Assembly (NCBI GenBank): GCA_038816475.1
Contig: JAWBAI010000001.1
Location: 1 to 64,000 of the forward strand
DNA length: 64,000 nt
Origin: Desulfurococcaceae archaeon
GTDB taxonomy: Archaea; Thermoproteota; Thermoprotei_A; Sulfolobales; Desulfurococcaceae
Direction: 5' to 3'
Shown here piece after piece: positions 48,962-59,800 of the stretch (positions within the stretch are counted from its first letter, which is position 1; each line of letters starts with the position of its first letter). A program made the position numbers and the translations under genes. The notes beneath the pieces were generated by a model. That model was not told the origin of the DNA and made no database searches. It saw nothing but the letters and a program-made list of their open reading frames with translations.

Positions 48962-49043
48962 GCGATGAAAAGAGAGAGGAGTGAAAAAAAGCACTATTTA
49001 TGTTCAATACTTTATGTTTAAAGTTGTTTGTCTACAAATATAC

Positions 49044-49214
49044 CTACTCTTTAACAGGTCCTAGAATTCTGGCGAATCTCTTACCGGTGTAGGGGCTGGT
49101 TGCAAAGGCTATCTTTATCTTTCCTCTCTTGGTCTCCTTGACTACTACCTCGTACTTGTCGGTCTCAAAGTACTGCTTTGCTTTTAGGTCAAAGAACTTT
49201 AGTTTCTCGGGCAT
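49044..49214 (-). CDS. Crenarchaeal chromatin protein CC1-like (56 aa; not in ORF track)
   Basis: MPEKLKFFDLKAKQYFETDKYEVVVKETKRGKIKIAFATSPYTGKRFARILGPVKE, with GGTGGAG Shine-Dalgarno. Matches the CC1 pattern as I recall it (KLKFYD.KAK..FETD.YEV...SPYTG). Confidence 0.88.
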   Translation of the reverse strand: MPEKLKFFDLKAKQYFETDKYEVVVKETKRGKIKIAFATSPYTGKRFARILGPVKE

Positions 49215-49623
49215 ATTCTCCACCTAATCCAACTTAAATTCTTTGCGTAGACGTTTATAAGCTTTATGTTTTGTTAAAAAATACACTTTGTACACACTTT
49301 TACATGTTATATTTTAAAAACAATATATATATTTTTACAAGTACAAAAATGAACCTTGTATTACCTCCACATATGCGGAGTTCAAAACTGTGTATGTGAA
49401 AAATCTACATAATCAATGTTACAGAGTGCAAATACTAACTACGTGTTTAAAAGTACAACGTGTAATACAATTCATTTTTGTATAATGAGGGTGAGCAATA
49501 GACTTTTATCACTTACTCATTTACTTATTTTATTCAAAAACAGGATTACTTGTTTACAAAATGGTATATAGTTGTATGTTGAGTATCGCATATACTCGTT
49601 TCGTTATGGAAAGGGAACGTGTT

Positions 49624-50178
49624 TTAAGAAGTCTCTTCAGTGTTTTCCTGTACTTCTTCTAGTTTCCCATACACAGTTTTCTCGCTTACTATGTCACTAG
49701 TACCCATGTAATCGTACAATACAACTGTATACGGTATCTCGGCGTTTTTGGCTTTCTCGAGTTTAGTTAGAAGTTCTTTGCATTTTTCTAAGTCAACATC
49801 GCTATCCTTGCAGAAGAAGTTTTGTAGAATATTTATGAAGTCTTCTATTATTCCCTCAACAGTTGTTATATACCCCTGCGAGTATACACCGGGCTCAATA
49901 ACTAAACCTAACTCGGGGATTTCCACTTTGCAGTACGAGCTTTTTACTACTAACGCGTTTTCATCCCCCGCTTTTTCAACTTTATATATGATCTTCCTTG
50001 GGTTACCTAAATTCATTGTGAGCACATCTCTGTGTGTGTATCCGCATCTTGTGCACTCTAGTACGGATATTAGAATATCACCGTAGTATGGAATGTTGTA
50101 CTTGTAGTCCGTTAACTTAGCTGATTTCTCTCTGCAAACAGGGCATTCTACGTGTAGTTCGAATACTTTCTCCGGCAT
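49624..50178 (-). CDS. ZPR1 zinc-finger protein
   Basis: CPVC..IPYYG..CTRCGY, IPELG.IEPG and GYITTVEG motifs. Probable ATG at 50178. Confidence 0.93.
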   Translation of the reverse strand: MPEKVFELHVECPVCREKSAKLTDYKYNIPYYGDILISVLECTRCGYTHRDVLTMNLGNPRKIIYKVEKAGDENALVVKSSYCKVEIPELGLVIEPGVYSQGYITTVEGIIEDFINILQNFFCKDSDVDLEKCKELLTKLEKAKNAEIPYTVVLYDYMGTSDIVSEKTVYGKLEEVQENTEETS

Positions 50179-50256
50179 TCTATACGTGTGCTGATTGAAC
50201 ACTTTGGTTACCCAATTGCTTGTTTTGAGCACTACGTAGTGCACATCTACACTTTT

Positions 50257-51147
50257 CTACCTTTTATCTATTAAGTGAGAACCATCGCAGGATGGTGCTT
50301 TGAAAAAGACTGTGCCAAGCCCTTCTCTACATGTAGCAACGGTTAAACCGTAGTACTCGGAGTGCTTGATCACAGGCATTAGTAGATCTTCTCTAATGCT
50401 TTTAGGTAGATATCTGTATCCGTGGATGAGCAAACCTTTCTCCACGTAGAGCTCTCTTAGCGTGTTTCTAATCTCGGGGAAGACCTCTAATAGCCTATTA
50501 AAGTTATCCCATTTTGCCTTGTATGTTGATGTAACTATGTGCTTTGCTCCTGCTTCTCTAATTCTACCAACTAGTTCCTCTAGCATGTAGGGATCATCGT
50601 TTACATGGGGTATTATTGGGTCTACTCGGACCCCCACTGGTATTCCGTTACGTGATAGCTCTTCTACAGCTCTTAGTCTTTGCTCAACACTTGGAGCATA
50701 TGGTTCGATTTTTCTAGCAACGTTCTCATCGAGCGTTGTTATAGTCACCATAACAGCTGACGGCGTTCTCTTAAGTATGTCTAGGTCTCTGATAACAAGA
50801 TTCGACTTGGTTGTAATAAGGATTCTCACCCTGTGCTTTGAAATTAATTCAAGAGCTCTTCTAGTAAGCATTAGGTGTGCTTCTATTGGTGGGTAGGGAT
50901 CGCTACTAGTACTTAGCTCTATGAGTGAACCGGCTTTTACCTTCTCGAGATCTGAGGCCAGAGCTTCGAGAAACTTCTTTTTCGGAACGCTTTTTCTGGA
51001 ACGTATGTAAGATGTTGCATAGCAGTATAAGCACGAGTGATCGCACCCGGTGTATGGATGTAGACTATACTTTCTCGGGCATGTGCAAAGAGGAGACTTC
51101 CACGGATCGAACTCTCGTATAACTTTAAGCTTAGTCAAGGCGTGCAC
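50257..51147 (-). CDS. Radical SAM protein (SPL/Rv2578c-like)
   Basis: PYTGCDHSCLYCYA, SSDPYPPIE, ITTKS and IEP.AP motifs. Confidence 0.9.
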   Translation of the reverse strand: MHALTKLKVIREFDPWKSPLCTCPRKYSLHPYTGCDHSCLYCYATSYIRSRKSVPKKKFLEALASDLEKVKAGSLIELSTSSDPYPPIEAHLMLTRRALELISKHRVRILITTKSNLVIRDLDILKRTPSAVMVTITTLDENVARKIEPYAPSVEQRLRAVEELSRNGIPVGVRVDPIIPHVNDDPYMLEELVGRIREAGAKHIVTSTYKAKWDNFNRLLEVFPEIRNTLRELYVEKGLLIHGYRYLPKSIREDLLMPVIKHSEYYGLTVATCREGLGTVFFKAPSCDGSHLIDKR

Positions 51148-51168
51148 CGAATAGCTAAGCGGACTGCG

Positions 51169-51247
51169 AGGTGTACCCCGTCCGACCGCCCTCCTTCATT
51201 TTCATCCCCCACTATGGAGTCTCATGGAGGTGTGAGGGGACGGGGCC
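51169..51247 (-). ncRNA. Box H/ACA pseudouridylation guide RNA
   Basis: GCCCCGUCC/GGACGGGGU lower stem, pocket CCUCACA/GCGGUC, upper stem CCUCC/GGAGG, K-turn-type AUGA...GAUGA apex, and ACA immediately 3' of the stem, 15 nt from the pocket top. TTAATA lies about 25 nt upstream. Confidence 0.85.
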
Positions 51248-51364
51248 AATCAATATTTCTTGACAACAGTCTTATTAACCTTCAGCAACCTGCAGATCGC
51301 GATTGTACATGTACAGTATATAGTATATAAGTCTTTTTCACTAATCACTTCTTTAAGGGACTTT

Positions 51365-51970
51365 ATGGTTTCGGGAATTACTCGTAGAGCTATGGTTGAG
51401 ATTGCAGATTACGTGCTTAAGGCGGTTGATCTCATTAGTGATGAGGAAAAGGAGAAAATTGTAGATGAGCTTTTAAGAGTCAAGAAAGAAAACAAGAAGG
51501 TTTTTGTTACAGGAGCTGGAAGAAGCGGGCTTGTGGCTAAAGCTTTCGCCATGAGGCTTCTGCACCTAAACTTCAACATCTACGTGATAGGTGAAACAAT
51601 ATTACCGCCAGTAACTCAGGGAGATCTACTAATAGCGGTGTCTGGTTCGGGTAGAACAAAAACCATAGTAACGGTAGCGGAAACAGCGAAGTCTATAGGT
51701 GCAAAAGTAGTAGCGGTTACAACGTATCCTGATAGTCCACTCGGTAAATTAGCAGACATAGTTGTAAGAATACCGGGTCGAACAAAACTTGCAGTGGAAG
51801 AGGACTACCTGGTGAGACAAATAGTTGGAATACACGAGCCACTAGCACCGTTGGGAACACTGTTCGAGATCACTACGCTTGTTTTCCTAGATGGAATAAT
51901 ATCGGAGCTGATGTACAGGCTAGGGGTCTCGGAAGAAGAGCTAAAAGAACGCCATGCGAACATAGAATAG
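51365..51970 (+). CDS. hxlB: 6-phospho-3-hexuloisomerase
   Basis: GAGRSGLV, FAMRL, GET, SGSGRT, APLGTLFE and RHANIE motifs. Confidence 0.95.
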   Translation: MVSGITRRAMVEIADYVLKAVDLISDEEKEKIVDELLRVKKENKKVFVTGAGRSGLVAKAFAMRLLHLNFNIYVIGETILPPVTQGDLLIAVSGSGRTKTIVTVAETAKSIGAKVVAVTTYPDSPLGKLADIVVRIPGRTKLAVEEDYLVRQIVGIHEPLAPLGTLFEITTLVFLDGIISELMYRLGVSEEELKERHANIE

Positions 51971-52001
51971 CAAGCTCAACTTTTTGTCCATAGGATAAGC
52001 C

Positions 52002-52973
52002 ATGAAGAATTCACTGAACCGTGTACTTGAGAGATTTACCGAAGCATTGTCCTTAGCTTTCATACTAGAAGCTTCAGGGTATCCTAAACCCGGCAATGTT
52101 CACAGGCTTCTTGATAGAAGAGCTCTAAGGTACGAGGCTTTTCTTGCGACCGGAGTACTAGCATATAAGTACATGAGAAAAGGGCTTCGAAGAGGGCTTC
52201 GAGGAGAATTCAGAGAGATAGTACTCGGGGATCTTGTGTATGGTCTTGTACGGGATGTTGTAGTGAGTTTGAAATCGTCTAATACATGCCTAGGTTCTTC
52301 TCTCCTACTAAGCCTTATGAGTGTTTCAATTGGGCAGTCTCTTCGGTATGGATTGAGCGGTCTAGCGTCGTTAAGCTTCTTCGCGAGAGAAGTGCTACGT
52401 AAGACCACGGTGAGCGACACCATTTACTACTACAGAGCTATTAGAAAAGCCTCTCCAAGCTACCTGAAGAAAACAGACTACACGGGTGAATACGTTAATG
52501 TATGGGATCCGACCTATAGAAAGAAGCTACTAGAGAGAAATCACAAACTTGTGGACGTCTTAGAGTATAGTAGCAAATTCGATGTAGTTGCAGATGAAGC
52601 TCTTAGCGGATTTAAGCGGGGATTAAAAGCGGAGGAGTTTCTTCGTAAAAGATTCAAAGAACACTTTGATCTCAACAGAGCCATTGTTGAGACCTACCTC
52701 TACCTCCTCTCTAAATACGTAGACACAGTAGTGTACTTGAAGCACGGTAGTTCAGTAGCCAGCAGTATCATGGAGAATGCAGAGAGAGTTCTTGACTTAG
52801 TTATTTCGAGGAAAAACAATGAGTGGATGATACACGTAAAGAAATTTGATGACGAATTGCAAAGCAGGAACATTAATCCAGGAGCTATAGCCGACTTAAC
52901 AGCCGAAGCGATAGCTCTGTATATGATTAGAAACATTGTCGAGGAGAATAGACTACTAGACTTATCGCATTGA
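52002..52973 (+). CDS. CitG-family (triphosphoribosyl-dephospho-CoA synthase-like) protein
   Basis: LEASGYPKPGNVHR, NT.LG, DT...KHG and INPGAIADL motifs. Confidence 0.88.
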   Translation: MKNSLNRVLERFTEALSLAFILEASGYPKPGNVHRLLDRRALRYEAFLATGVLAYKYMRKGLRRGLRGEFREIVLGDLVYGLVRDVVVSLKSSNTCLGSSLLLSLMSVSIGQSLRYGLSGLASLSFFAREVLRKTTVSDTIYYYRAIRKASPSYLKKTDYTGEYVNVWDPTYRKKLLERNHKLVDVLEYSSKFDVVADEALSGFKRGLKAEEFLRKRFKEHFDLNRAIVETYLYLLSKYVDTVVYLKHGSSVASSIMENAERVLDLVISRKNNEWMIHVKKFDDELQSRNINPGAIADLTAEAIALYMIRNIVEENRLLDLSH

Positions 52974-53036
52974 GCATTGATTTATTTTAGGTTTTGTTGA
53001 AATACCACACGTGTCGAGGTAAGTGGTATATCAGCC

Positions 53037-53561
53037 ATGAATACTCTAACGGGTTTGAAAGATCTACTGAGTAAATGGCTCATCGAGGAGAATTTTATTG
53101 TAACTCAGCTGGATACAACTACACTACCCAGGGCAAATTGGGGGTTAAACGTTGCTACGCCAGGAGCACCTGGTGTAAAGTTCGCTGTCATTTCACCAGC
53201 TGACAAACCGGATAGAGTTGTACTCGTTATTGGTATTGCATTAGCGCCCGAGCATAGAGCTGAGCTTGAAAAACTGAAACAGACGGAGAGAATTAAAGTA
53301 ATGCACTCTATTCTCTCTAGAGCTTTAATGGTGTGTAATGACTGCAAGGTATCAGTGCAACCGAGTATCATTAATCCTCATACAATAACCATAAACCTTG
53401 AAATTTTCGGAGAGGAAATAGAAGCACATAGAAAACCCTGGTTCATAAAGCAGGTTGTAAAGCTAATTAACACTTATCTCACCATAGTCTCTGGGTTCAA
53501 CGAGTGGTTCCCGGTGGTACCACAACCAGGTAGAGAAGCACCCTCTGGGCTCTTCATATAG
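53037..53561 (+). CDS. Conserved archaeal protein (DUF2299-like)
   Basis: WLIEE N-terminus and I.LAPEH...L pattern. Good Shine-Dalgarno. Confidence 0.6.
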   Translation: MNTLTGLKDLLSKWLIEENFIVTQLDTTTLPRANWGLNVATPGAPGVKFAVISPADKPDRVVLVIGIALAPEHRAELEKLKQTERIKVMHSILSRALMVCNDCKVSVQPSIINPHTITINLEIFGEEIEAHRKPWFIKQVVKLINTYLTIVSGFNEWFPVVPQPGREAPSGLFI

Positions 53562-53591
53562 TGTATCGTTCATCGGACTTCATTTGATAGG

Positions 53592-53666
<75 letters not shown>

Positions 53667-53799
53667 CTGTACAACCATACTTGGCTTGGCCGGTTTATAA
53701 AATTCACAATACATTTTCTAACAGGCTAAGGACAACGCGTTTGGTTGTTCATTAAAGATACTCTAAATTCCTGTTTCGTGCTTCATGGTGAACGACATA

Positions 53800-53853
53800 A
53801 GTCAGGAACCTGGCTTTTCTTCACTTCTCGGCGTTCGGAAACCTCATCATCGC
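53800..53853 (-). ncRNA. Box C/D guide sRNA
   Basis: Canonical layout AUGAUGA - GGUUUCCGAACG - CCGA - GAA - GUGAAGA - AAAGCCAGGUUC - CUGA, with two 12-nt guides. TAATTAA lies about 25 nt upstream. Confidence 0.9.
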
Positions 53854-53897
53854 TCTTTATTATGGTGATCGGGGTTAATTACATCCTGGGGTTAAAG

Positions 53898-54737
53898 ATG
53901 TGCAGGCTCTACGCTATGGCTTATAGAAAACCCGATCACACAACCCTGAAAACTTTCATAGAAGCATTCGTAGAGAGCAACAGGTACGATCACTACTTGG
54001 CTAGTCTAGCGCCAGATAAATCAGTAGCTTCTCACGATGATGGATGGGGTCTTATAGCAATAGGTTTAGTAGACAACACACCAACACATGCATACTACAA
54101 AACAGTTGAGCCTATTTTTCACGAAAACTCTAGGAGAATCCTTGAACTATACACGAAGAAAATGGCAAGTTACGACGAGGTCTACATCATAGTTCACGCG
54201 AGGAAAGCTTCGAGAAGGGAACCCTATGGTCCCGAGTACGCGCATCCATACATGATGATGTCTGATTCGGGTACAGCATGGTTTGCGCATAACGGTGGAG
54301 CAGACAAAAAGCTCTTAGCTGAAAAACTGGGAGTTTACCCGTGGATACGTGTAGACTCAGAGCTACTAGGATACTATGTAATGGACAGCGTGCTGTCCTG
54401 TGTAGGAGGAGGGGGAAGCGTAGATAACTGCGTTGTAGAAGCCTACCTAACCGCGAAGCACTACGTGGTTAAGAACAGTGCTTTAAACACAGCACTACTA
54501 GTCCTGCACGAGGACAAACCGCATTTGTACATAACACACTGGGTTAGAGAACCGAAAACGCAGCAGCACCAAAAGTACTTCGAGATGATATCATTGTTAA
54601 GTGATGCAATGACCTTTGGAGGGTCTATATCGATTAGGGAGTATCTACCTGAATCATATGCTGAGAAGTTATCATCGCTTGAACCCGGAGTATACAAGCT
54701 GGAACCGGGATCTCTTAAGAAGCTATCGGACCTGTAG
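53898..54737 (+). CDS. Class II glutamine amidotransferase (Ntn hydrolase)
   Basis: M-C-R start at ATG 53898 (catalytic Cys1), HDDGWG, HARKAS, HPY, AHNG and DSE motifs. The track's upstream extension is spurious and overlaps an sRNA. Confidence 0.9.
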   Translation: MCRLYAMAYRKPDHTTLKTFIEAFVESNRYDHYLASLAPDKSVASHDDGWGLIAIGLVDNTPTHAYYKTVEPIFHENSRRILELYTKKMASYDEVYIIVHARKASRREPYGPEYAHPYMMMSDSGTAWFAHNGGADKKLLAEKLGVYPWIRVDSELLGYYVMDSVLSCVGGGGSVDNCVVEAYLTAKHYVVKNSALNTALLVLHEDKPHLYITHWVREPKTQQHQKYFEMISLLSDAMTFGGSISIREYLPESYAEKLSSLEPGVYKLEPGSLKKLSDL

Positions 54738-54749
54738 TGTGAAGTAGCG

Positions 54750-55868
54750 TTGAAGAAGATAGGTTTTATAGTGAACCCAATTGCAGGGATGGGTGGTAGT
54801 GTAGGGCTGAAGGGTACTGATGGAGATGCCTACTTAGAAGCCTTAAGACGAGGAGCTAAACCTGTATCACCGCTGAGAGCACTCGATTTCCTTAACAACA
54901 TAGAGTCGCGCGATTTCCAAATAGTTTCAGCTCCTGGACCAATGGGAGCTGATATAGTGGCTCAGAGCAAGCTACGTAGCAACTTACACACTGTGATCGG
55001 CGAGGTGGGAAACACCACTACGCGTGAGGATACCATTAGAATAGCCAAAGAACTCCGCGAGCTCGTAGACCTATTAGTATTTGTTGGTGGAGACGGAACA
55101 GCCAGGGACATCTACGACGCGGTGGGAACATCTATACCGGTTATTGGTGTTCCAAGCGGTGTTAAAATGTATAGCTCGGTCTTCGCTCTGAACACCCTTT
55201 CAGCAGCTAAGCTACTGGACATGTATCTACGTGGGTTAACAAGAATTGTTGAACGAGAGGTTGTGGATGCAGATGAAGAATCTATAAGGAGAGACGTGAT
55301 ATCGGTGAGACTCTACGGCTACTTACTGGTCCCCGTAGCTGAAGGTTTAATACAGGAATCAAAAACCCTATACACAGGCTACGATGAGGAGGAATCCAAG
55401 CTTGCAATGGCAAGGTACATTGTTGACAACATGGAACCAAACACCCCTTATATACTCGGACCGGGAACAACCGTGAAAGCGATCTGCAGAGTGCTCGGCC
55501 TACAATGTACTGTTCTCGGAGTTGACGTTATCTTGAACAAGAGCCTTCTAGTGAAGGATGCCTGGGAGAAGGATCTTCTAGGTATTCTGGAGAAGTACGA
55601 ACGTGTTAAGGTAGTTGTATCACCTATTGGTAAACAAGGGTTTATATTCGGGAGGGGTAATCAGCAGATTTCACCGCGTGTACTATCAAGATTAAGGAGA
55701 GACGATGTGATCATCGTGGCTACTAGGAGTAAGATGGATGAACTTAAGTACCTACTCGTTGACACAGGTGATAGAGAGGTGGATTACAAACTAAGCGGAT
55801 ATTACAAGGTTTTGGTTGATTATAATACTTACCTAGTTACTCGTGTACTACCGGGGATCCCCGAGTAG
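54750..55868 (+). CDS. ATP-NAD kinase family protein
   Basis: IVNPIAGMGG.VGLKGTDG, GGDGTARD, GVKMYS, GPGTT and GRGNQQ motifs. Confidence 0.88.
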   Translation: MKKIGFIVNPIAGMGGSVGLKGTDGDAYLEALRRGAKPVSPLRALDFLNNIESRDFQIVSAPGPMGADIVAQSKLRSNLHTVIGEVGNTTTREDTIRIAKELRELVDLLVFVGGDGTARDIYDAVGTSIPVIGVPSGVKMYSSVFALNTLSAAKLLDMYLRGLTRIVEREVVDADEESIRRDVISVRLYGYLLVPVAEGLIQESKTLYTGYDEEESKLAMARYIVDNMEPNTPYILGPGTTVKAICRVLGLQCTVLGVDVILNKSLLVKDAWEKDLLGILEKYERVKVVVSPIGKQGFIFGRGNQQISPRVLSRLRRDDVIIVATRSKMDELKYLLVDTGDREVDYKLSGYYKVLVDYNTYLVTRVLPGIPE

Positions 55869-55904
55869 TGTATTTAAGAGCTAGCATTGTGATAATTTAG
55901 CGAG

Positions 55905-56312
55905 GTGATGTTCTTGAGTAAGGTATTTGATAGCGTGGGAAATCTCAAGGTTGGTGGCTATGTTGTAATCGATGGTGAACCTTGCAGGATAATTGATATT
56001 AGCAAGGCGAAAACCGGTAAACATGGCAGTGCCAAAGCGACAATTACAGCGGTTAGCTTGATAACTAAAACGAAGAAAATACTGGTTGCGCCAGTTGATG
56101 CTCAAGTAGAAGTTCCCGTTATTGAGAAGAAAATAGGCCAAATAATAGCAGATTTGGGTGACAGATTTCAAGTCATGGATACAGAAACCTTCGAAATATT
56201 CGAAGTTTCAAAAGATAGCGTAGATGAGGCTATTAGAGACAAGCTTACGACCGGCATGGAGGTAGAGTACTGGCTTGTGATGAATACGAGAATACTCGTT
56301 AGACCCAGGTAG
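55905..56312 (+). CDS. eif5a: Translation factor aIF5A
   Basis: Hypusine motif [11 protein letters not shown]. True start is probably TTG 55914. Confidence 0.97.
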   Translation: MMFLSKVFDSVGNLKVGGYVVIDGEPCRIIDISKAKTGKHGSAKATITAVSLITKTKKILVAPVDAQVEVPVIEKKIGQIIADLGDRFQVMDTETFEIFEVSKDSVDEAIRDKLTTGMEVEYWLVMNTRILVRPR

Positions 56313-56325
56313 TAACAAAAATAAA

Positions 56326-56697
56326 CTACTCTATATCGTCAGGTATGAACGCGGGTTTTTCAGCTAGAGTTATAATTGGTATCGAAGAGCCTGGCTTAGG
56401 GTGCTTGGAAAGTTCGTATTTTTCCTCACCAGTATATACAACTACGTAGTTAGCTTCATCCACAAGTTTGTCGCCTGCGTCGAAAGAATAGTAGTAGAAT
56501 ATGGGTACTCCGTAGTACTTGTAGTAGTCTCTGAAGATCCCCAGTAGTCCGACTACGATCTTGTCTTTATGCTTGAACTTTATCAGGTAGGCTACAAACT
56601 GATGTGGAATCATAGTGGACACGGCAAGCCGTATAAGGTCTGCGAAAGTAGCCGTCTTAACTAGAATAACTTTCTCCTCGATCATCGCATGCACCAT
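56326..56697 (-). CDS. Conserved crenarchaeal hypothetical protein
   Basis: FRDYYKYYGVPIFYY and IPII motifs. The ORF fills the gap and has coding-like composition. Confidence 0.7.
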   Translation of the reverse strand: MVHAMIEEKVILVKTATFADLIRLAVSTMIPHQFVAYLIKFKHKDKIVVGLLGIFRDYYKYYGVPIFYYYSFDAGDKLVDEANYVVVYTGEEKYELSKHPKPGSSIPIITLAEKPAFIPDDIE

Positions 56698-56870
56698 GGA
56701 ACCATTAGACTAACTCCAGAATCTATAATTCAATTATAGTTCTTTGCTTTAATAAGCTCTTTGATCTACGGAGATGACAAATCTCATAAGTATAGCATAG
56801 AGGGCTAAACAATAGTAACGTACCGTATTGAAGATTGAATACATGGATCAAAGAACTCCCTTTTAGCGCA

Positions 56871-59800
56871 TTAACTTAGAGGATTGCTACTTCTATCTCT
56901 GCACTCATCTATGTAGAGCTTTAAGCTGTTTTCTATACTTTTGCGCACCTCCTCACTAAGAATTCTTTCTTGAACTTCCTCGTAAAGCTGGTTCAGTAAC
57001 TTCTGATAGTATAGTTCACCTCGTTCTATCTTATCCATGTTTTCTTCGAGTTTTCTTGTAACTTCTACTCCAACTATATCTCTGAAGAACTCGTTTAGGA
57101 AATCATATATCTGTATCCCTCTTTCTAGGGCAAGTAGAGATTTGGTTTTCTCAGTAGCTTTAACATACCTTCTGTCTATCAATGTCTGAACTATCTTAGC
57201 ATACGTACTTGGTCTACCAATACCGTTTTCCTTCATCCACTTTATAACGTCGTGATACTTGGGGAGCGGGTACTTTAACTTCTTCACGTTGCTAATGAAT
57301 CCACTAAGCCTTTCACCGGGCGTACCGAGCTCTTCTGCTTGTACTCTCAAGTTTTCATAGAGTTCCAGGTATCCCTTCTCAACTATGCTCGTTACAACTT
57401 CGAGCACCTGTTCAAGCTCTCCAATACAAACTTTTAGCTTCTGGATCTTCACGCGAGCAGGCTTCATCTGGCTTGCTATGAATCTTCTAAAGATCAGGTC
57501 GTAGAGCTTCATGTGATCTCTCGTTAACCTTCCTACTACAACGATAGCACCTTCCTTTACAAGTTCTGAGAGCCTATCGGCATCTATTGGTCTAGTTGGT
57601 CTAATGGCCTCGTGAGCTCCTCCTACACCCCATGTTCTGGGTTTAAACAGCTCGGTGTATTTCGCACCGTACTTATCCTCCAAGTATTGCCTAGCAACTT
57701 CAATGCCAACATCGCTGACTCTTGTACTATCGGTTCTGTGATAGGTGATCAAGCCCATTTCAAAGAGCTCTTGCGCTAAGTTCATGGTTTTAGTAGTAGA
57801 GAACCCGTATATTCTAGATGCGTCTTCTAGAAGAGTATCCGTTGTAAACGGTGAAGGCGGATTTACTTCATTCTCCCGCTCTTCTAGTATCACTACTTCA
57901 ACGTTAGGATAGTTCACGACTTTACCATGCTCATCGATGATCCCAGCTTTCAAAGCATCATTGTAATTAAGTACTAAAATGAGCGGAGCTTCACGCCTCT
58001 CAACGTTGATGTACACCTGGTACTTTCTGTTCTCGGGGCGCTTGCTCTTATGATATTCACTTATAATAAAGCCTAGGACAGGTGTTTGCACCCTTCCGGC
58101 ACTTAAGTTCCTGTTTGGATAGCAGCACGCGTCTATGGACTCGATCTTACCGGGTTTACCGTGTCTTCTGTAGAGGTAGCTCATGCAGTACTTCAACCAA
58201 CCGTACTCCTGGACGATCTTGGATAGTGAAAATCCAAGCCATCTATCCTCAACACGTCTAACTATTTGAGCTTCTACTAGTCTAGCGTTAAAGTCCCTTG
58301 GGTTAAGAAGAGCTTCCATTATGGCTCTTCTGGTTACCTCGTGGAATTCTACTCTTTGTATCTTCTCAGCGTAGGGTTCAAGCAGAACTCTTAAGTCCCA
58401 TGCGATTTTTTCTCCCTCAGAGTCGGGGTCTGTGCCAATGAATACTACATCAACCTCGCTCGCAAGCCTCTTTAGAACCTCTATCACTGAAAGCTTTCTG
58501 TTCTTAATGCTAGACTTGCATCTCGGGCAGAACATAGCATCGTGGGAGAACTGATGTCCGTTGATACAGGTCTTTATATCGGTGTATATTGGTATGAATC
58601 TTCTTTGCTCAGATGTGTCTTGAACAAGTGCTACTCCGTAGAGATGACCATGTTTCTCAGCTTCGGGGGGCTCCTCGTCTATTATCAGGTCGTATACGTG
58701 TCCTCCGCTAGCGATAACCGTGAGTATGTGGTTTCCAACTGTTATTTCATATGCTTGAAGCCCCTCTCCTAGAACTCTTACACTGGGTTTACCAAAGAAG
58801 TTTGCAATTGTCTTCGCTTTGTTTGGTGATTCTACAATTAGAACAGCTGTCTTAACGAGATCTAGGTACTTATCGGGTTTGACCTCGCCTCTAATGATTC
58901 TTTGAACTTCTAATCTTTCCTCCGAGATCTCTTTTACAAGCTTATCTAAGTCTAGATCATGTAGGTTAACCATTTTGAAGTCCTCGAATATCCATCTCAT
59001 TCTCCTAGTAAGACCACTCAGCAATCTAGCATCATCGACTATCACCACTGAGAGACCCTTCGTGATACCACCTGGATACAGCCTCGAGCATCTGCCGCTT
59101 GCCTGTATGTAGGTGGCCACATCGGGTATTAGGAGGTACGTTTCCCCGTTTTCTCTCGTAATAGCGACCTCTCCTAGCTGTGTAAGCTTCTCCCATGCAG
59201 CTGGCTCTTCCAGTTTTTTCTTCAAAATGCTATATGCTTTGTACAGGTCCACGACTACGGATGGTTCATCACCTTTAAGACCAGTGGTGGTAACCTGGTT
59301 GAATATTTCTTTAACTTTGGCCAGTGCGCCGGGGCTCATTGTTCTGAGTTTGCGGGCCAGCTTGCCTATCAGCGTTTCTATCTCGCTTTTTTCATCACCC
59401 TCTACTATGTCTCTTACCACCACGAGCATCCTCAGAATATCGATTGGTGATACCCTTTCGAGCTTGGAGCTAAACTTGTGTCTTGGAACGCCTGTGAACA
59501 CTACAAACTTTACTCTTTCAGGGAGATCGAGTCCTCGAACAATTGTACCATAGTATGTTGCTACTCCAACAAGAGCGTTTAAGTTTCCGGCAGAGAATTC
59601 CTCAATTATCTTAATGCTCTTCTTCGCGTGAAAAGCCTCTACCGAAAGACCGGCTTCTCTTAGTTTTTGAGCTATCTGCTCAGCGTACTCTACGCCCTTA
59701 TCCGCGGGAACGAAGACGATAATGCCATCCTTAAGCTTTAAACACAATTCTACAACGAGCTTGTCCAGGTCCATTCCTTCAGGTATTACGTATGCGTCGA

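Noticed and set aside
56758-56854. 9-bp inverted repeat TCTTTGATC...GATCAAAGA with a ~80-nt interior (MITE or sRNA?)
   Set aside because: Single copy in the window, no clear target-site duplication and no convincing boxes. Compatible with chance.
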